Assembly (NCBI GenBank): GCA_039683575.1
Contig: JBDKRC010000149.1
Span: 1-61,319, forward strand
Direction of reading: 5' to 3'
Length of the DNA: 61,319 nt
From: Armatimonadia bacterium
GTDB taxonomy: Bacteria > Armatimonadota > Zipacnadia > Zipacnadales > UBA11051
Part shown: in pieces, positions 55,865 through 61,319 of the stretch
Layout of the letters: the number at the start of each line of letters is the position of its first letter
Numbering within the stretch: position 1 is the stretch's first letter
Notes under the pieces: model-generated
Seen by the model: the letters and a program-made list of their open reading frames with translations, nothing else
Database searches by the model: none
Told to the model about the DNA's origin: nothing
Made by a program: the position numbers and the translations under genes

Positions 55865-56803
55865 ATGGAACCCGTCGACCTTGCCGTCATCGGCTATGGC
55901 TCAATGTCCAGCCGCACCTACTGTCCCCTGCTGCATACGCTGGTTGACCGCGTGCGTCTTGGTGGGCTGGTCGAACCCGATGAGACCCGCCGCGCCGAGG
56001 CCTGCCGCACCTACGCCTTCAGCAGCTCCCACGCTTCCGTCGCTGAACTGCTGGACAACGCTCCTCCGCAGGCGGCGCTCGTTCTCGCGCCTGCTGAGTA
56101 TCACGCAGACCTCATCCGTCCCCTCCTTCAGGCAGGCGTGGACGTCTACACCGAAAAGCCCGACACCTATCCACTCGCCGTCGCCCGTGAACTCGTGGAG
56201 CTGGCCCGCGAGCGTCGTCTCATCTACCAGGTCGGCCAGAACCGTCTTTTCATGACCGCGCTCACCCGCGCCAAGGACTTCCTCGCGGACACCCCCGTAG
56301 ACTTCATCCACGTCGAGAAGAGCAAAACCGTCCGCCGGACCGACCCCGGGTACCTATTCGACGACGGCATCCACGTCATGTCCCCGCTCCTGTGGCTCGC
56401 CGGCGAGGTTGATGAGGTACTATCCGCCGTCCACATCCCTCAGCGCATGCTGTCCGCCCACTTCAAGCTCGCCTCAGGCGGAGCTGCCAATCTCGTGATG
56501 CACGGCGATGACGGCTACTGGGTCGAACGCTTTCTGATCCACGCCCAGGGCCGGAGCGTGAACATCAGCGCCCCGGACACTATCGAGTGCTACGCGAATG
56601 GCGAGGCGGCGGGCAGCAACCATGTTGGCCGGATGAATCTCCTCTTCAACCAGGCCTCATTGATGGGCTTCCAGGCAGCCGTCTCACATTTCCTGGACTG
56701 CGTCGAGACCCGCGAGGAGCCGCTGGGCTCCGCCGCGAGTCTCCTGCGCGTTCACGAGCTCATGAACCAGGTCTTCACGCTGGCTGGCATACCCACACTC
56801 TGA
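55865..56803 (+). CDS. Gfo/Idh/MocA oxidoreductase
   Basis: AVIGYGSM, EKP, VGQNRLF and DDGIH motifs. Confidence 0.9.
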   Translation: MEPVDLAVIGYGSMSSRTYCPLLHTLVDRVRLGGLVEPDETRRAEACRTYAFSSSHASVAELLDNAPPQAALVLAPAEYHADLIRPLLQAGVDVYTEKPDTYPLAVARELVELARERRLIYQVGQNRLFMTALTRAKDFLADTPVDFIHVEKSKTVRRTDPGYLFDDGIHVMSPLLWLAGEVDEVLSAVHIPQRMLSAHFKLASGGAANLVMHGDDGYWVERFLIHAQGRSVNISAPDTIECYANGEAAGSNHVGRMNLLFNQASLMGFQAAVSHFLDCVETREEPLGSAASLLRVHELMNQVFTLAGIPTL

Positions 56804-56817
56804 AAGCGAACAGCGAC

Positions 56818-59709
56818 ATGTGGCGTTACAGCGATTGGCGCCCCGGCGGCGAGCGCACCACCCTCGGCGACCTGACTTTCGACAGCACCATCCACTGCGG
56901 CAACGGCCACGACTTCGAGCAAGTCGGACCCAACCACTACCGCTTCCGCGCTCGCCCCGGCCTCGTCACCTACGCCTGGCGCTTCCTGATGCGAATAGAG
57001 TCCCCCGGCGACGGCCGCGAGGTTATCCTCGAGGTCGCCGACTTCAACCACTTCGGTCAGGAGCTATGGCAGGAACAGGCCGCTGTCATGTCCACCGATG
57101 GCGAGAACTGGCACGACGTCGGTCTCGATAACCTCACCCTTGTCCCCTGGACCCCAACCGGCGATCCTGAGGGCGATACCTCAATCGACGACGGCTGGCA
57201 CCCGCCATACGGCGTCCAGCACCGCCTCCGCCTCGACGCGCCCGTCATCTGGTTTGCCACCGGCACCCCCTACACGCTTCAGCACAGCCGAGATCACCTC
57301 GCAGCGATGGAGAAGCGCTGCCGCTTCTTCCATACTCAGGAGATAGGCCGCGCCGCCTTCGCCGATCAGCACGGTTTTCCCCTGCTCATGAGCAAGGTCA
57401 GCAAGGGTTCCGACGAGGGCAAGCTGCGCGTCATGGTTATCGCCGGGGAGCACCCCTCCGAGTTCGCCGGCATGTACGCCGCCGAGGGACTGCTGGAGGA
57501 ACTCCTCCGCCGCAGCGACCTCCTGAGCGACTTCTCGTTCTGGGTAGTGCCCGTGGTCAACGTCGACGGCGTCGCCTATGGCCGCAGCTACCACAATCTC
57601 GATCCCGACGATCCCATCCGCAGCGGAGTCAACCTCTCGCGCGACTGGGCCCGCCGCACTCAGCCAGAAACGCAGGCTGCCTGGAAGATCGTCGAAGAGG
57701 TCCGGCCCCACTGCCTCGTCACCCTCCACAATGGTCGCCACCGGCGGGCCTACGAAGCCTACGCCCCGCCCAACCCGTCGGTCTCGACGCTCATGCGCCA
57801 CCTGCGCAAGCATCTCCCGCTGCCGCTGGAGCACTGGCGGCCCTTCACAGAGATGGACTCCCTGAACCCCGTCGCCTACGAAGCGGGCCTGACCGAGACG
57901 ACGGTGCTGATTGAGACACTGATCCTGCAAAAGCTCCCGGGCTGCGGCACTTTCAAGGAGAGTTACCGCCGCGCGGGCCGCTTCATCCTGCGCGGCCTCG
58001 TCGCGGCCCTGCGCGAGTTGTACAATCGCCCAAAGATGCTCGCCCTCGCCGAGCCCCTCGGCAAGGCCCCCCTGCGCTTTACCCCTTCGCACTTCCTGAC
58101 GCAGCTTCCGTGGTTCTACTACACAAGCGACTTCACTACGCCGTGCGAGCACAACACTTGGAATCTCGAACTCAATGGCCTGCCACTCGAGCCCGCCCAC
58201 TACGACCTCTGGCTGCACTCGCTGCCTGGCTCCCCGCCGCTGAAGGTCGTCGGCGGCAAGCGCGCCTGGCCCGGCGACGACGGCTGGACCCTCCTGCCCA
58301 GCCTTCCGGTCCCCGCCCGCATGCTCCGCCTGGAGTTCGAGCACTCCGGCCGGCCACCATTTGACGACGCCGTCATCGCGCCTGAGGGGACGGTCCTCCA
58401 ACACGCTCTCGCCCATTCCGAACCCTTCACCCGCTACGTCCGCGATACCCTCGCCGCCGAGAAACAGCCCCTCCGAAGCTGGCAGCCCTTCCACAACCGC
58501 CTCATGAGTGACAGCTTCGGCGCCTCGGATCTCGAAGCAATGGCCTCCGAGATTGTGGACTGGGTCGCAACCCGCCAGGTACTTGATCCAGCGGATCATC
58601 ACTACGGCGCGATCTGGTCCGAGGAAGACAAGTACGACGCCCGCGACGCCGCCGCGGCCGCTGCCTGCTTTGCCCGCCGCTATCGCGACACAGGCGACGC
58701 GCAATGGCTCGACCGTGCTCTCTCCGCCCGCCGTTACGTCTATCGCAACCAGCGCCGCGAACCGGGCAACGCCGCGCACGACGGCGGTTTCGTCCACATG
58801 GTCAGCGGCATGTGGGGCGTTGACTTCACCCGCCTGCACCCGCCCTACCCCGGCATCGACGGCGTAGACACCGGCGTGATCATCCACCAGCTATGCTCCG
58901 CCGCCGACCTCGGCCTCTGTCTCGCTGAAGAGGACTGCGATGTTCTCCGCAGCGCCGCCGGTTGGATCGCTGCCAACGAACCACTACCGGGCATGTTCCT
59001 CCATCACGAGGGCGCCACCCACGACTGCCAGAACGCCAACGCCATCGGCTTCTCCGCCCTCGCCAGAGCCTACCACACACTGGAGCGCGCTGGCGCCTCA
59101 CCTCCTGGTGACTGGCTCGCTGCCGTCGAACGCGGTCTCACTCACTATCTCGAGGGCCAGGAAGCCGTCGGGGTCTGGCCGTACTGGTTCGCCCAGGTCG
59201 GCCGGCGGGCCGGCGCGTTTCACTTCGACAACATCCCCGACCATGGCATTGGGCTCTACCATCTCACGCGCTCGCTCAACCTGTTCCCTATCTCGGATTG
59301 GCCCGGCCTCCACGATGCCCTCGGCCGCGCCGCCCGCTGGTATCTCTGCCTGTCCCGCCTCGAACCCGGCCCCGCCCACGAACCCACCATCAATCTCGAG
59401 TACGACCAACGCCCCGAACTCGGCGATGACATCTGCTTCTCGGGCTTCACGTGGTGCCGCTTCACCGCCGCCGCCACGCTCCTGCGTCTCGCCCGCTTCA
59501 CCGGCGAAGCCGAGCCCTGGCGGCACCTCGCCCTGCGCCTGATGGAGCATGTCCGCCGCAACCTCTGGCAGACCTCCGATCCTTCCCACGCCCCCGTGGT
59601 CGCCCATGCGCGGCCGGAAGCCAAACTGGCCACCTGGTGTCAGGCGGCGGAGTGGAACGCGGCGATGCTGGGGGAGATGGTGCTGGACCTGCGACTGCTT
59701 GAGAAGTAA
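56818..59709 (+). CDS. M14 zinc carboxypeptidase-like domain fused to a C-terminal helical (alpha/alpha toroid-like) domain
   Basis: GEHPSE, VP.VNVDG, NLSRDW and LHN motifs; Trp/Ala-rich helical repeats in the C-terminal third. Start at MWRY (56818). Confidence 0.75.
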   Translation: MWRYSDWRPGGERTTLGDLTFDSTIHCGNGHDFEQVGPNHYRFRARPGLVTYAWRFLMRIESPGDGREVILEVADFNHFGQELWQEQAAVMSTDGENWHDVGLDNLTLVPWTPTGDPEGDTSIDDGWHPPYGVQHRLRLDAPVIWFATGTPYTLQHSRDHLAAMEKRCRFFHTQEIGRAAFADQHGFPLLMSKVSKGSDEGKLRVMVIAGEHPSEFAGMYAAEGLLEELLRRSDLLSDFSFWVVPVVNVDGVAYGRSYHNLDPDDPIRSGVNLSRDWARRTQPETQAAWKIVEEVRPHCLVTLHNGRHRRAYEAYAPPNPSVSTLMRHLRKHLPLPLEHWRPFTEMDSLNPVAYEAGLTETTVLIETLILQKLPGCGTFKESYRRAGRFILRGLVAALRELYNRPKMLALAEPLGKAPLRFTPSHFLTQLPWFYYTSDFTTPCEHNTWNLELNGLPLEPAHYDLWLHSLPGSPPLKVVGGKRAWPGDDGWTLLPSLPVPARMLRLEFEHSGRPPFDDAVIAPEGTVLQHALAHSEPFTRYVRDTLAAEKQPLRSWQPFHNRLMSDSFGASDLEAMASEIVDWVATRQVLDPADHHYGAIWSEEDKYDARDAAAAAACFARRYRDTGDAQWLDRALSARRYVYRNQRREPGNAAHDGGFVHMVSGMWGVDFTRLHPPYPGIDGVDTGVIIHQLCSAADLGLCLAEEDCDVLRSAAGWIAANEPLPGMFLHHEGATHDCQNANAIGFSALARAYHTLERAGASPPGDWLAAVERGLTHYLEGQEAVGVWPYWFAQVGRRAGAFHFDNIPDHGIGLYHLTRSLNLFPISDWPGLHDALGRAARWYLCLSRLEPGPAHEPTINLEYDQRPELGDDICFSGFTWCRFTAAATLLRLARFTGEAEPWRHLALRLMEHVRRNLWQTSDPSHAPVVAHARPEAKLATWCQAAEWNAAMLGEMVLDLRLLEK

Positions 59710-59739
59710 ACAGGCGCCATCCAGAGGATGGCGCCTGTC
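59710..59739. terminator. Hairpin between convergent genes
   Basis: ACAGGCGCCATCC/GGATGGCGCCTGT stem. Confidence 0.7.
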
Positions 59740-59790
59740 GTACGCTCCCCTAGGTTGGACCACAGGGGCTTAGTTGCTGATTGGCCGTCC

Positions 59791-60555
59791 TTACTGCGCG
59801 TACTTCCCCGTCCACTTCTGCTGCCGCAGGAAGGCCTTAATCCCATCCTCACGCGTGGTATTCCCCGGATGGGTGGCAAACAGAAGCTCAAACTTGCTGG
59901 GTTCACTGCCCTGCGTCCGCTTGAACGCGGCAATAACCGCCAGAGCCGCCGTCGGGTCGTATCCCGCATCATGCGCGAAGGTCAGGCCTACCCGGTCCGC
60001 CTCGAGTTCCTGGTCGCGCCCGTAGTCCTGGACGGTCAATCCGGCGACCGCGCCCGCTATCTTCCCCGCTGTATCGTTGCCCAGGATAAGCTGGATGATC
60101 AGTTCATAGCCCAGCGCGCGCTCGATCCGGCGCACCGAATGCTGTCGCGCCACATGCGCCGCCTCGTGCCCCGCCACCCATGCCAACTGGTCTTCATCAT
60201 AGGCCAGCGCGTTGAACAGTCCGTTCCACAGGTAGACGATGCCACCAGGGAAGGCATTGGCGTTGATCTGGTTGTTGGCCAGAACCCGGAACTCGTATGG
60301 GTAATCCGGGTAGTTCCCTGCCACCGCCGCACGCCCGATCCGTGTACCGATGGTGCTGGTCAGCGAAGCTCGCCGCGCATCCCGATCCAGCCCGCCGTTC
60401 TGCCGCTCAAAGTCCACTGCCGCCTCGCGGCCCATGCGGACCTCTTCATCACGGCTGATTAGCCGCCCCCCGTCACCGCAACCGCCAATGTTGAACGTCA
60501 TGCACATCACGAAGAGAGCACTTGCCGCCAGCACTCGAACCCACTTCACAAGCAC
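59791..60555 (-). CDS. M48 family metallopeptidase (probable lipoprotein)
   Basis: NANAFPGG, GHEAAH, ELEAD and ATHPG motifs; IGGC lipobox-like; GTG start after GGGAGG. Confidence 0.92.
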   Translation of the reverse strand: MLVKWVRVLAASALFVMCMTFNIGGCGDGGRLISRDEEVRMGREAAVDFERQNGGLDRDARRASLTSTIGTRIGRAAVAGNYPDYPYEFRVLANNQINANAFPGGIVYLWNGLFNALAYDEDQLAWVAGHEAAHVARQHSVRRIERALGYELIIQLILGNDTAGKIAGAVAGLTVQDYGRDQELEADRVGLTFAHDAGYDPTAALAVIAAFKRTQGSEPSKFELLFATHPGNTTREDGIKAFLRQQKWTGKYAQ

Positions 60556-60684
60556 GCGACCACCTCCCTGCAATTCCCCAATTCCCACCTATCCGGAATT
60601 ATGTCTCTTCCCGCAGACATGGTCAAGCCCTGTGGCCCGCCAGTCCCGTGTGTGTGACGTTCTACCACATCATCTTGTTCAACT

Positions 60685-61319
60685 TCAGCGCCCTCCAAAT
60701 ATCGCACTTGAGCTTACCAGCACCCGGTCCCCCGGCCCCGCAGCGATGACCCGGAACCGCACCCGCCCGTCACCATCGGCGTCGCTGAAGGCTGCGGCAC
60801 TCAACGGCCCCTCAGCCTCAACGCTCAGTCCCTTATTGCTCTGCACCCTCCCCACCGGCTTGCCCGCCTCGTTGGCGATGGTCATCCCCGGCTCGGCGAA
60901 GTACATCTGTACATTGCCGCGTAAACTGCTACCCTCCACGCCCAGCACCGTCCCGCCCGCGGTCACCAGATCATCATCCGTCTCAAAGCAATCCGGCGCG
61001 ACCACCCGGCTCAGTCTCACCGCCGCCTCATGTGTCGCACTGCGCAGCGAAACCCACTTTCCCGCGTCCTCCGCCCGCAGACACCCCCGCGTCAGCGTTA
61101 TCCGCCTACCCGACACATCCTTGATCTCACACTCAGTCAGGCCGTTGCCCCTCACTTCTACCCCGCCCTGACGCAAGTACTCACCGTCAAACAGCCTCGC
61201 CGTCGTGATCTTCCCCGCCGCATCATACGCCACCACCGCCGCCCGCCCCTTCACCCGCAGGTCCTTCCCCACCGTATACTCCTGGCCGAGGTTACGCGTC
61301 CAGAAGATCACGTGCTTGC
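60685..61319 (-). CDS. C-terminal part of a larger hypothetical protein; runs off the right edge
   Basis: Open frame to the window edge with host-like codon bias. Confidence 0.65.
   Translation of the reverse strand, partial: KHVIFWTRNLGQEYTVGKDLRVKGRAAVVAYDAAGKITTARLFDGEYLRQGGVEVRGNGLTECEIKDVSGRRITLTRGCLRAEDAGKWVSLRSATHEAAVRLSRVVAPDCFETDDDLVTAGGTVLGVEGSSLRGNVQMYFAEPGMTIANEAGKPVGRVQSNKGLSVEAEGPLSAAAFSDADGDGRVRFRVIAAGPGDRVLVSSSAIFGGR

Noticed and set aside
32589-58887. Long antisense ORFs (32589-34010, 34344-35597, 42281-43333, 46836-47669, 57181-58887)
   Set aside because: High-GC shadow frames of well-supported genes on the opposite strand.

Overview
High-GC bacterial chromosomal window. 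The gene content, with many large secreted glycan-active proteins and URO-D-like and Gfo/Idh/MocA genes, is reminiscent of Armatimonadota; this is inference only. From 17.8 kb to the right end it is mostly ordinary host DNA: glmU, an RqcH/NFACT homolog, a PrsA-like foldase, an ABC exporter, peptidases and carbohydrate enzymes. The notable part is 7828-17673, a ~9.77 kb element integrated in the 3' half of an initiator tRNA-Met gene, bounded by a 46-bp exact direct repeat. It encodes two tandem paralogous short tyrosine recombinases, a serine recombinase and a wHTH replication-initiator-like protein containing four 21-bp-phased repeats. It also carries a candidate ~65-nt antisense RNA in the initiator leader and four orphan envelope or secreted cargo genes. 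No capsid, terminase, relaxase or conjugation genes are visible. A 16-bp motif resembling the tRNA att half-site lies ~90 bp inside both element ends. It recurs beyond the left att repeat, in front of a decayed third integrase, indicating tandem integration at this tRNA. Further left are an NPP-family phosphodiesterase, a ~900-bp intergenic region with a long rod-like hairpin, a CHASE2 cyclase lacking its catalytic Asn/Arg, and a TPR protein with near-identical 102-bp repeats. All calls are by eye; no searches or folding programs were run.
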